Part shown: positions 37,526-49,315 of the stretch, in pieces
Layout: each line of letters begins with the position of its first letter
Position numbering within the stretch: position 1 is the stretch's first letter
Assembly: GCF_036321535.1 (NCBI RefSeq)
Contig: NC_087472.1
Coordinates: 92,692,001 to 92,756,000, forward strand
Direction of reading: 5' to 3'
Length of the DNA stretch: 64,000 bases
From: Camelus dromedarius
Taxonomy: Eukaryota
Translations under genes and position numbers: made by a program
The notes under the pieces: generated by a model
Databases searched by the model: none
The model's input: only the letters and a program-made list of their open reading frames with translations
What the model was told of the DNA's origin: nothing

Positions 37526-39789
37526 TCAGTAGCCCATAATAATAGTTAAAAGTTCTCGGTGTACTAGATGTACTGTTCTAACTGCTATTCAAACATCAAT
37601 GCACTGAATTCTCACAGAAACCCTGTGAGGAGGTGTTGTCATTGTTCCCTTTTTACAAGTGAAGAAAGGGAAACAGAAAAATTAAGGAATCGGCCCCAAA
37701 TGATACAGATGAGATCTGAAGGCAAGTATTCAGTCACCAACTCTACCTACGTAGCCATCACTCTATCAGTCATAATTCACTCTTTCTGTAGTTTTTGACA
37801 ACTCCAAGTTCAACAACAAGAAAGTGCCTTTCATTTCTTCAGTATCTTACTTGAGACCTGACAAACAAACATCTCTGGACAAGTAACACACTGGCTTATG
37901 TTTTTGCACACGAATTATGCCCATGTACAAAAATTAAGAGGCCGGGAGAACCATTACCAAGAAAATGTAGCATGGGGTAAAATACCACAATGCAAGTTTT
38001 ACCAACTTAATCACATGAAGTAGTTTTGGCCCTCAATGATGAAAACAGTAAACTATCAATGTTAATATGGGAGTGAATCAAAGCTGTTGAGACCACAGAT
38101 AAACTGTATGCCGTAAAATATAAATTTGTTATATTTTCCCAATTTTAGGCAACATATTGCAAATATCAGCAGCTAATATTTAGCAACTTTATAGTTATGG
38201 GCAGGCCTTCTCTCAGGAATAAAATACTTTAAATAGTCATGAATACTGTATTTCATAGTGTCTTATTAGTCTCACGCATATAAAGTGCCATGCCGTCTAT
38301 TTTAAAATGTGTGTATGTAGCTTTTTCTCTGCCAAAACTCTAATATCATTTACTTCTTAAATTTAGCTTCATTTCAAACTTTACTTAGTGCTTCATTCCA
38401 TTCTTGTGTGTTCCCATTCTGTTATGTAAGGTAGCAGTTGCAATTCCAAAGGTCATATATAACAACTGAATGGAACAAAGGTTCCCAAATACCTCCCATT
38501 GCTATTTTAAGCAGGTGTTGCTAGATAACCATATTCCCAGCCACCTCAGTGTCAGATTCAGGGAGATAATTTTCTTAAGTGATGATAGAACGTTCATTGA
38601 GGCAATTTGTCTTCAATGCATGAAATGTGAACTGCTCAGCTATCCCCAGATTTTGTCTGACAAATCAAGCAAAGATAATGTCAAATAGTGGCTTTGACTA
38701 TTTTGATCATAAGTACAAAGCAACAGGATGATAGTGTCATTTGGGGGTCCCATTTACATAAAGCAAATTTATAACTGACGTGCCACTTTGTGATCACCAG
38801 AATTAATGGGCCTCTTAAGACCATCCATTTAATAATAATACAGTACCATTTTTACAAGATTTAATGTTGGAAGAATTAAAGTATCTCATAGACTGACCTT
38901 CAACTGCTCTTTGATGGCAACTACTGTACTGTTTCATTCTCAGAGATTGTCCAGAGTTAAAGTTGACATTATAAAATCAGCATTCTCAGATGTTTTTGAT
39001 AAAATTGAGATATTAATTGTGGATGGATAGAGCAGACTGTTTAGTATGCAGGTAACACATTACGAAGGGAGGAATTTTTATCAAAATTTATATAATGCTC
39101 AACTTTCAAAGTATCCAAATAATTTGTATTGGTATTAATGTGCTAGAAATGATTGTTAATGTATCATTATAACTGATCTGAGAGGCTATCCAACTGTAAT
39201 TTTTTATTTGCAAAATAAGTATGCAGTTAAGGAGTTAATAACTACCACCTCCCATAGTCCCCTCACAATGATACATGCCAAAATGAGATGCAATGGGACA
39301 GTAAATATCCCACTGCCCTGATCTTGGAGAGACACAACAAAACAAAGCACTGACATGCTTATCCTAAATAGCAGGGTATCAAGACTCTTCCTAGGCAAGT
39401 GCGAGTAGTTAACTCAAGCCTGCATTACAAAATTGCATAATAGGGTCTAGTAGCCTGTGAAACTGTTTTCTGACATGTCAGCATCACAGGAGACCTGGCA
39501 AAGAGTCACCATGTCATCTTGATTTACCAAAAAGGGTAAACAAACCTCCTCTGACTGGCAGATGCAGGAGAAACTATACTTTTCTATACTGGTTGGCAGA
39601 GTGTAAATTGAAAGGAATTAAACACTGTGTTCAACAAAATCAATTAAGAGAATATTCAAGTTTATCTAACAGCTTCCTGAAAAAAAAATAGGGGTATATA
39701 AGTCTACGATGAAAGATCAAGCTTTAAAACTTGAGACCAAATATGAATAAATATGTAATTATTTGGGAAGAAGCATCTTTTCTGGTACA

Positions 39790-41570
39790 TGGTAATGAAG
39801 GTCCTCCTTCCTGAAAAGCAGACACAAAAATGAGATTAGACAGGCACAAGAGTTACTGGGGCAGGAAGAGTGTGGGGAACTGCCTCTGGAAGAAAACACG
39901 ATGAAGCTGGAGGAGGCTGGGTGAGCTATCCCACTCTGATGCATGTCTGTGCCTTTGCAGGAGACAGGGAAGGGAGGACAGAATGGAAGCAGGCTTTGCA
40001 CTGCCGTGTAGTCTAAGAAAGTATTGTCCAAACTGATAGGGGAACCTTTTAGCCAAAGTCTCCATCAAAGGAATTGTACATCTCGCGGGAACGGGCCTGC
40101 CTTAGCATTCCTGCTGCGCTCAGTCACTGCCTGGGATAAGCTCCCAGGAACAGTAGCTTCAGCACCAAAGCTGTGATGGACAGAGCATAGCATCTGGAGC
40201 CAGCAGTCAATTATACTCTCCAAAGCAGGAGATGTGAGAGGGCATTTAAAAAAAAAATTTTAACATTTTTTATTGATTTATAATCATTTTACAATGTTGT
40301 GTCAAATTCCAGTGTAGAGCACAATTTTTCAGTTATACATAAACATATATATATTCATTGTCACATTTTTTTCTCTGTGAGCTACCATAAGATCTTGTAT
40401 ATATTTCCCTGTGCTATACAGTATAATCTTGTTTATCTATTCCATAATTTTGAAATCCCAGTCTATCCCTTCCCACCCTCTGTCCCCTTGGCAACCACAA
40501 GTTTGTATTCTATGTCTATGAGTCTATTTCTGTTTTGTATTTATGCTTTTGTTTGTTTGTTTGTTTGTTTAGATTCCACATATGAGCAATCATATGGTAT
40601 TTTTCTTTCTTTCTGGCTTACTTCACTTAGAATGACATACTCCAGGAGCATCCATGTTGCTGCAAATGGAGTTATGTTGTCGGTTTTTATGGCTGAGTAG
40701 CATTCCATTGTATAAATATATCACCTTTTTTCTTTTTTTTTAACATTTTTTATTGATTTATAATCATTTTACAATGTTGTGTCAAATTCCAGTGTTCAGC
40801 ACAATTTTTCAGTCATACATGGACATATACACACTCATTGTCACATTTTTTTCTCTGTGAGCTACCATAACATTCTGTGTATATTTCCCTGTGCTATACA
40901 GTATAATCTTGTTTATCTATTCTACAATTTTGAAATCTCAGTCTATCCCTTCCCACCCTCCGCCCCCCTGGCAACCACAAGTCTGTATTCTCTGTCTATG
41001 AGTCTCTTTCTGTCCTGTATTTATGCTTTGTTTTTGTTTGTTTGTTTGTTTTTGGTTTTGTTTTTTAGATTCCACATATGAGCAATCTCATATGGTATTT
41101 TTCTTTCTCTTTCTGGCTTACTTCACTTAGAATGACATTCTCCAGGAGCATCCATGTTGCTGCAAATGGCGTTATGTTGTCAGTTTTTATGGCTGAGTAG
41201 TATTCCATTGTATAAATATACCACCTTTTCTTTATTCAGTCATCTGTTGATGGACATTTAGGCTGTTTCCATGTCTTGGCTATTGTAAATAATGCTGCTA
41301 TGAACATTGGGGTGCAGGTGCCTTTTTGAAGCAGGGTTCCTTCTGGATAGATGTCCAGGAGCAGGATTCCTGGGTCATACAGTAAGTCTATCCCTAGTCT
41401 TTTCAGGAATCTCCATACTGTTTTCCACAGTGGCTGCACCAAACTGCATTCCCACCAGCAATGTAGGAGGGTTCCCTTCTCTCCACAGCCTCTCCAGCAT
41501 TTGTCATTTGTGGATTTTTGAATGATGGCCATTCTGACTGGTGAGAGGGCATTTTCATGACCATCACCTT
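39790..41570 (-). mobile_element. LTR16-like ERVL LTR interrupted by L1
   Basis: GC-richer block (gggaacgggcctgccttagcattcctgctgcgctcagtcactg) continuing after the L1 as gagagggcattttcatgaccatcac. Confidence 0.65.
40248..41540 (-). mobile_element. Young L1 with tandemly duplicated 3' end
   Basis: Two diverged copies of the same ~470-bp 3' end (40259-40725 and 40743-41230). Perfect 14-bp TSD gtgagagggcattt (40234-40247 / 41541-41554). Confidence 0.93.
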
Positions 41571-42931
41571 ATTATGCCTTCAGTTACTATGCCTTCATGA
41601 GACTAACCATTTAAATTAAGTCTGAGTTTCAACTGGGTAAACCAATGTGAGTGATTCTATTTCACACTTATAAAAATCAAAAATCACACTTTTCTCTTAC
41701 AGGTAAACGAAAATGACTGTAGAAAGCTCAACTAGAATAAACAAAAGATTTCAAATGGCCATAAAAATAGAAAATCATCTTAATCAATCAGTCTTTTCAA
41801 ATGTATTCCCTGTTTGCTGACATAAACTGCTTTTAATACATGTAAGCACACATTACCTTTAAGACCCTCATCTCACAAGAGTAGTGGCATTAATGAAATA
41901 AAGCCAGTAGAGCACATTAATGACACTGCTCAGATCACTGTAACAAAGTTTCACAGAACAGAGGACAAAAGTAAACAGAAAATTATGGAATTAACATGTG
42001 GAATATAAAATGTGTATGTCACTGCACTATGAGTTTTACAATGAGGGACAATGATGGGCAAGAAAGTCACCTCCATACTAAGCTAACAGAGGAGCTCCCT
42101 ATTTTGCTCTAATATTGCAAACTGTCAAAGGGCTGGCTTGATTTGACGACATCTGTGTATACTGGTACAAACTAGAATAGATGGGCCATTTGCATGAGAA
42201 ACAGCTGATCTGGGACATTCTTTTTCCTGAGTGCACAGAAAGCAGCTCTCACAATCCTAACAGGAGCTAAGTGACAAGCATTGCTGTTGATATTGAGAGT
42301 TTACGGCTTTCAAATAAACCTATTCACATGTTCTGCTACTTTATGAAATTCTGTGTGTTTTGTGTGAAATCCAGAAATCTGGGCCAATGGTTTAAGGGGC
42401 CTCTCTGATGTAAGTGTGGCAGCCATATGCTGTGTGGAAGCACTGTGTTAACGGAAAAGCCATCTGAAGGTGGTTCAGTATGAAGAATAGTAGAAATAGA
42501 GAATTTATTTCCAATCTTTCTGAATCATCTTCGGGGGAAAAAGTGTCATATCATGAATGCTAGTTGTCTGCCCAAGTAAAAGGGAAGATACCAGATTAGA
42601 CAGATTTTTCAAATAGCTCCACAGAGCCCTAGGAATTTCCCAGTATACCTCATGGGACCATTCTGCACAGAAAGAAAAACTGAGTTTATGGGGCAGTGTT
42701 TGCTTTTTTATATTTGCATTCCATATAAGATCTCATCTGAAGAAAAATTTTCAGAATCAAAAATACTTGTAGCATGTGATTTCTAAAGCCTCTGCAGCAA
42801 TACAATTTTAATCAAAAGATTAAAACTGTTAGTGGAATATGTACAAAGACTGGGGTAAGGTAACCTTAGAAAATAATTTTTCTATCCAAGTTGTTAAGTG
42901 TACCCAAAGAGCAGCTGGTGGTGAACAATAC

Positions 42932-43629
42932 TGCAATGGGGCCGGACCCTATGGGGCCTTCCCAGACAGACCCTCCTCCATGTCCTCTGCTGTAGTTCCT
43001 CTCTAAGTACCCAGATAATAGCATCTCATGAGTTTTTCAGATGCTAAGTAAACACCACCACCAAATGGAAGGAATAGATTAACAGTGGGTAATTTGTAAC
43101 CACATAGTATTTGTAACTATACAGTTGTAATCTAAAATGGCTTTCCTCACTCTAAAGTATACATTAGCTTGATTTTAAACTGCACATATTTTTCTTAACA
43201 CAAGCCCACAGACCCCCCTCCCTGAGCACCCTTTGTTCCAGGCACAAGGATGTGAAGAGTTATGGTTCATTAACTCCTGGAACAAGAGACAAACACCAGA
43301 TGCCAGCCCAGTGGAGGAGGAGGACACAGTCTGACAACCTCAGGAACAGAAGGCCTGGTCACCAGATTTCCTTGACACCAATGCAACTGTATCGAAAGGA
43401 ATGCAGCCCTATGTATACTCGCATTCTTATGAGAAGCACTGTTCCTTAGACATTTGCTATGTAACTCCCTACCACCTCTCTCCAAGCGGGCTCACAGTCT
43501 TGAGGCATTAGCTGCTGTGACCCCCTTTGCCTGGCAAAGAAATAAAGCTTTTCTTTTCTACTTCACCCCAAACTCTGTCTCTGGGTTTCAATTCGGTATT
43601 GGGGTACAGAAGCTAGGGTTTTGGCAACA
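42932..43629 (+). mobile_element. ERV1-class solo LTR (698 bp)
   Basis: TG...CA ends, perfect 4-bp TSD ATAC/ATAC, AATAAA at ~43541. Confidence 0.9.
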
Positions 43630-43666
43630 ATACTACCTCGTTTAAATCCTGTTGATTATTACATAG

Positions 43667-44150
43667 TGTGGAAAGCTGAAAATGCCCCCACAAAACATAT
43701 CTTAATTTTAATCCCTGAAACCTGTAAATGTTACCTTATATGGAGTAAAAGGATCTTTGTTTATGTAATAAAGTTAAGAATCTTGAGATGGGGAGATTAT
43801 CCTACATTATGTAGGCCCAGTTACAAGGACCCTCAAAGAGGGAAGCAGGAGATTTCACACACAGAGGAGAAGGTGGAGCAGGGAGAGACTTCAAGATGCT
43901 GGCATTGAAATTAATGTGATGTGGCCACAAGCCAAGGAATGCCAGCAGCCACCAGAAGCTGGAAGAGGCAAGGGGGAAATTCTCCCCTGGAGCCTTCAGA
44001 GAGAGCATGACTCTGCTGACATCCTGAATTCATCCCAGGGATACTGATTTCAAACTTCTGGCCTCCAGAATTGTGAGACTATACATTTCTGTTGTTTTAA
44101 GTCACCAAGTTTGTGGTAATTTGTTACAGCAGCCAAAGGAACCTAACACA
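43667..44150 (+). mobile_element. MaLR LTR (MLT1C/D-like)
   Basis: gccacaagccaaggaatgccagcagccaccagaagctggaagaggcaagg and end ttgttacagcagcc..aggaacctaacaca. Confidence 0.9.
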
Positions 44151-45204
44151 CATGGGAAAGACTTTCTTTTTCTGATGCCCTATTTTTCATCATCTGAAGA
44201 CAACACAGGTTATCCACAAACAGAGATGGCAGAGTTATGCAAGGCCACTTGGAAAGACTACTGACTACTCATTTGTCACTATCTCTAGTAACTCAAAAGA
44301 AAAGACTTTTTAAAGTAAAGATTTTATTGAACTAAATCATATATACCAAAAAATAAAGAAATCATAAGTATAGTACTCAATGAATTTTCACTAAAGTAAG
44401 AAGCAGCACCAAGAGCAATCATTGTCCATCTTCTAGTCACTAACTCTTCAAAAGTAACCACTATCCTGACTTCTAACACCCATATTCCCTTCTTTTGAAA
44501 TTTACCTAAATGGAATCATACAGTATATACTCTTCTGGGTCTGTCTACTGTTGCTTAACATTTTATTCTTGTTATTCTCCTATAATGTCACAGACAGTAG
44601 TAGACTATTTATTCATGGGACCACTCTGGAAAGAAAGAAAAATAGACTCTGGGGCAGTGTTATTTGCTGTTTGATGTTTGCTGCTTTATATTTACATTCC
44701 ACAAAAGTATTCCACAGAGTATTTGGATTGTTTCCATATTTAAACTACAATAAATAGCAGTGCTATGAATATTTGGGCGAAGATATGTACCTATTACTTT
44801 TGGGTGCACAGTGAGTGCCTGGGTTAAAAGTGCTACACCATGATGTATGCATATTTAGAACAAAGGATTTTATAAGAATAAAAGTATAATTTTAAAATCA
44901 CTCCCTTTTCATTATGCAGATATTACTCAATTATCTTTCTATTTTTTGATCTTAAAATAGGAGGTGAATTCTGAACCACCCAAGTCCTGTGATTAGATGT
45001 TCCTAGAAAAACTGGCTAAACTCTGAAATCAAAAAATCTTTTGTTTATCCTATTTTTAAAGGTCACCATAATGTAGTAAAATATTTTTAAAAGTCAGAAT
45101 TAATAAAAAACTCAAATTTGGTACCTCATAATTTTGAATTTTCTTACATATGATCTTCTAGGAGGAAGAAAATCAAAACTACAAAAGTCCTTAGTAAAGG
45201 TCAC

Positions 45205-45450
45205 CTGTTATCCCTAGAGGAGTATCTAAGGCATCTTAATAATCTTGCAACTTCTCATATAATCCAGAAGGATATAAAACTACAGTGAACTGCATGTTCT
45301 CAGAGTTGAATGGGTGCAACAAAGATGAAAATATAATTAATCCAATTGTGTGTCTTCTTGAGACACTTCCAACACTTCCAGCCAGCAGAACAATGGTGAT
45401 TTTTTTCCTTTTCAGCAGAAATAGATTCTTTTTTAAACATTCTACTTTGG
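45205..45450 (-). pseudogene. Weak candidate pseudo-exon ...ITIVLLAGSVGSVSRRHTIGLIIFSSLLHPFNSENMQFTVVLYPSGLYEKLQDY*DALDTPLGIT
   Basis: Long frame with one TAA, ending at donor CAG|gtgacc. Acceptor not identified. Confidence 0.22.
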
Positions 45451-46219
45451 ATATATTTTGAAGAGTGTTTTTTTTTTTTTGGAATTGCCTTTTTCTCGTC
45501 TTCCCTAGGATAGTAACATTTGAGCTCTGTATAGGCATGTATAAAAGATTTTATAAAACACAAAATGTTAAAGTTACAGAGAAAAAAAAGCTAAGTTTTA
45601 GACGAGAATACTACCAGCTTGGGACTGAAACAATTGGAGGTCTAAAGGTTTACAGACTCAGAATGAAAGCACATATATATAACATCCAGCTCTGAAAATT
45701 AGGTCACGTTAACAGAACCATTTGAATGCTCACTTTGCATCTGAAAGTGCAGTATTTGAGGAAATATGACTATTTTAATAGCAGGCTTCTGTCAGCAGTT
45801 ATGAAAACAAGGTCTGATGCACTGAAAATAGTCTTCTTTCCTTACTGTCTTTGTCTTTCTAAACAGTCTAGATTGAGTTGGAATTTCTGTTTTCATCCTA
45901 TACCTTACTTCTCCCCTAGCAGTGATCCCTAATTCAGAATTAATTTGTAAAGGTCAAACTAGAGTCTGGAAGCATCCCAAGAACCAATGATTATGCGCCA
46001 ATATTGTTGAATAGCTAAAGGCTACATAGTTTTTGGCCAGGCACACTGGATTCCTTTCAATAACAGATTCAGTGAAGAAAAAAAGTAAAACAGATGCATC
46101 TGTTAAATAAGAAAACCCAAACTGAAAACAAAGAACTACTGATTGTTTTCCCCACTATAAAAGTACACAGTTGAGAAAACATTATATATACTTTCCTAGT
46201 ATTTGAAATGTATGAGAAA

Positions 46220-47300
46220 TAATTCATTCCATCAATCAACATTTATTAAGGAAGGTACTGTACTAGATATTGGAGATATTGAATAAAACAGACGAAAATT
46301 TCCCACTCACGGAGCTTACATTTTAAGTGAAGGGAGACAGAAAATAAAGTAATAACACATTATGTATGGTATGTAGAAGGTAGCAAGAGCTAAGGGAGGG
46401 TGTCTCCAGTTGCAAACAGGTGACCAAGTAGTGATATATGAGAAGATATCTGAAGGCGGTGACAAGGTGAGCGGGGTTTGCAGAAGAGGGTGAGCCAGGA
46501 GGCTAGCTGGGGGAGAGCATCCAAGGCAAAGGGAACAGCTAGTGCTGGTGCTGATATGGGAAGAAGAGCATCTGGTATAGCAGAGGAACCTGTGCCCTGG
46601 AGTGGAGCAAGCAAGAGGGAGGCACTAGAGGACAAACAGCAATGAGGAACCAGACGGCTACACACAGAATCTTGAAAGCAACTGTAGGGACTTGAGATTT
46701 TATTCTTATAGAGATGAGAGGCCATTATAAGATGTTGAACAGAGAAAGCGCACAGTTTGTATTTAAAGATATCACACTGGCTGACATGTTGAGAAAAAAT
46801 GCTGGAAGGGAACAACAGTGAAAGAGAGATAACAGTTAGTAGAGGGGGCTTGGACCAAGCTGTAACAGCAGATGTGTTGAGAAGCAGTCAAATTCTAGGT
46901 CTATATTCAAGGCAGTATTGATAGAAATTGCTGATGGGCTGGAGCATATGAGAAAGAGGAGTCTAGAGGAATCCAAGGTTTTGGCGTGAACAGCTGGAAG
47001 GATGGAGTTACCACTGAGGAAGACTGGGAAGGGTCAAGTGTGGAAGGGAAGGTAAAGGATTTGTTTGGGGTTGGTTAAGTGTGATGTGCCTATTTAGAAC
47101 AAAAGTAAAGATGTGAACTATGCAGATATATATGTGAGTCTGGAGTTTAGGGGAGAATTTCAGAGTGGTGATGAAAATTTGGGAATCATATGCATATAAA
47201 TGGTATTTAAAGTCATGCTATTGGAAGAGATCTCCAAGACAGAGTATACACAGACAAGATGTCCAAGGACTAAGTCCTGGAACCCTGAGATGTTTAGCAG
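46220..47300 (-). mobile_element. L2 LINE remnant
   Basis: attcattccatcaatcaacatttatt 3' terminus and purine-rich L2 body. Confidence 0.8.
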
Positions 47301-47714
47301 CATATACTTTATCTGGAACTCATGACAAGAAGCATTCCTCAAGTGGCCTCAAAGGGATTCTGGATAAAACGTCCCCTTAAAACAAAGTATTACACAGTAA
47401 TATCATGCACTGAGTGGTGATTTTAACTAGATGCTTTGTAAAATTCCTTCCAAATGTTGTATGATTTTTATGACTAGAAATGAAATCTTCCTTTATCCTC
47501 ACAAAATTGTAATATATAATATTTGATATGAGTATGCATAAGTATGATTTACTTATACCTCACATATGAGGATCAGTTTGTTATTGTTCAGATAATATCC
47601 TATAGTAAAAAAAAATGCTGCTTGAATTTGAAATTTAAGCATTTGGTGGATGTTTCAACAGCCTGCCATTAGATTCATGATGATCAGTGATTTAAATATA
47701 AAAAGAATATTAAC

Positions 47715-48695
47715 ACACTGCACCAAGGAAGATATACAGAGGGCAAATAAGCATATGAAAAGATGCTCCACATGTTATCAGGGAAATGCAAATTATATGA
47801 ACAATGAGATACCATTACATACCTATTAGAATGGCCCAGCACACTGATAATATCAAATGCTGGAGAGAAAGTGGAGCAACAGGAACTTTTATTCATTGCA
47901 GGTAGGAACACAAAATTGTACAGCTACTTTGGAAGACAGTTTGGTGGTTTCTTACAGAACTAAGTATATTCTTACCAATCATTCCAGCATTTGCACTCCT
48001 TAGTATGTACCCAAAGGAATTGTACACTAATGTCCACAAAAAATTCTGCATACAGATGTTTATAGCAGCCTTATTCATAACTGGCAAAACTTGGAAGCAA
48101 ATAAGATATCTTTTGGTAAATGAATGGTTTAATAAACTGGTACATCCAAACAAAGGACTATTATTCAGCACTAAAAAGAAATGACTTATCAAGCCATGAA
48201 AAGACCAGTAAGAAACTTAAATGCATGTTACTAAGTGAAAGAAGCCAATGTGAAAAGTCTACATGCTATATATTTCCAACTATATGGCATTCCTGAAAGG
48301 TAAAACTATGGAGGCAATAAAAAAAATCAGTGGTTACCAGGGGTTAGGTGGGCAGGCGGGAAGAGGGATGAACAGGCAGAATACAGAGGATTTTTAGGGC
48401 AGTGAAGACACTCTGTATGATACTATAATGATGGATCTATGACATTATACATTCGTCTATACACAAAGGATATACAACACCAAGAGTGAATCATAATGTA
48501 AACTATGAACTTTGGGTGATTATGCTGCACCAAGGTAGGTTCATCAATTGTAAAAAATGTACTGCTCTGGTAAGTGATGTTGATAATGGGGGAGGCAATG
48601 CACACATGGTGGCAGGGAGTGTATGAAAACTCACCATACCTTTCTCTTAATTTTCCTGTAAACCTAACTGCTCTCAAAAAACCAAGTCTCTTTTT
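47715..48695 (+). mobile_element. L1MC1-like 3' end
   Basis: Matches the reverse complement of the 18995-19900 element. Confidence 0.88.
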
Positions 48696-49315
48696 AAAAG
48701 GTATTAATTAGACCCAAAGTAGCCTGTATTCTCTTTGCTAAATCCTGAGTTGATTTAACCAAGAGATGTAGGGATACTGGATGGTCTCCCTTTAATCTGA
48801 TGTGGCTAGATTATTTTAAGCTATGGGAGATTTTATAAGATTGATGATTTTGATAAATTTTTTTACTAAAATTAAAATTAAAGTTATGTATGTAAAATGT
48901 TACAAAATGAGACTTTCTAAAATCTAACAATATTTAATACTACACATACATATTGATTGCAATATGACACCTTTAATTTAGACTATACGTATATTATATT
49001 TGTGTGAACGTTCCCTAAATTCTGTAAGCCCTAGGGGAAGATGTCTAATATACAAGATCCAATGTTATTCCTCCTGCATGGACTCTGATTCTTTACCTTT
49101 GGAATGTGCTTATAACATTAAAAATAATACCTTTTATCCCTACTTCTAACCTGATCATCTTTAGAATTAAATTTACCAGAGAAAACTTCTATAGGTTGTG
49201 TTATTTCCATTGTTACATACACTTCAATAGAACATCTTTTCTCTTTTTTTAGCACTCAGTTTCAAAATTACTCCAGATACATAAAATCTTAAATTGAGGA
49301 ATCAAAGCTCTTTTC

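Noticed and set aside
46390..46815. 141-aa minus ORF
   Set aside because: Chance frame within a decayed L2.
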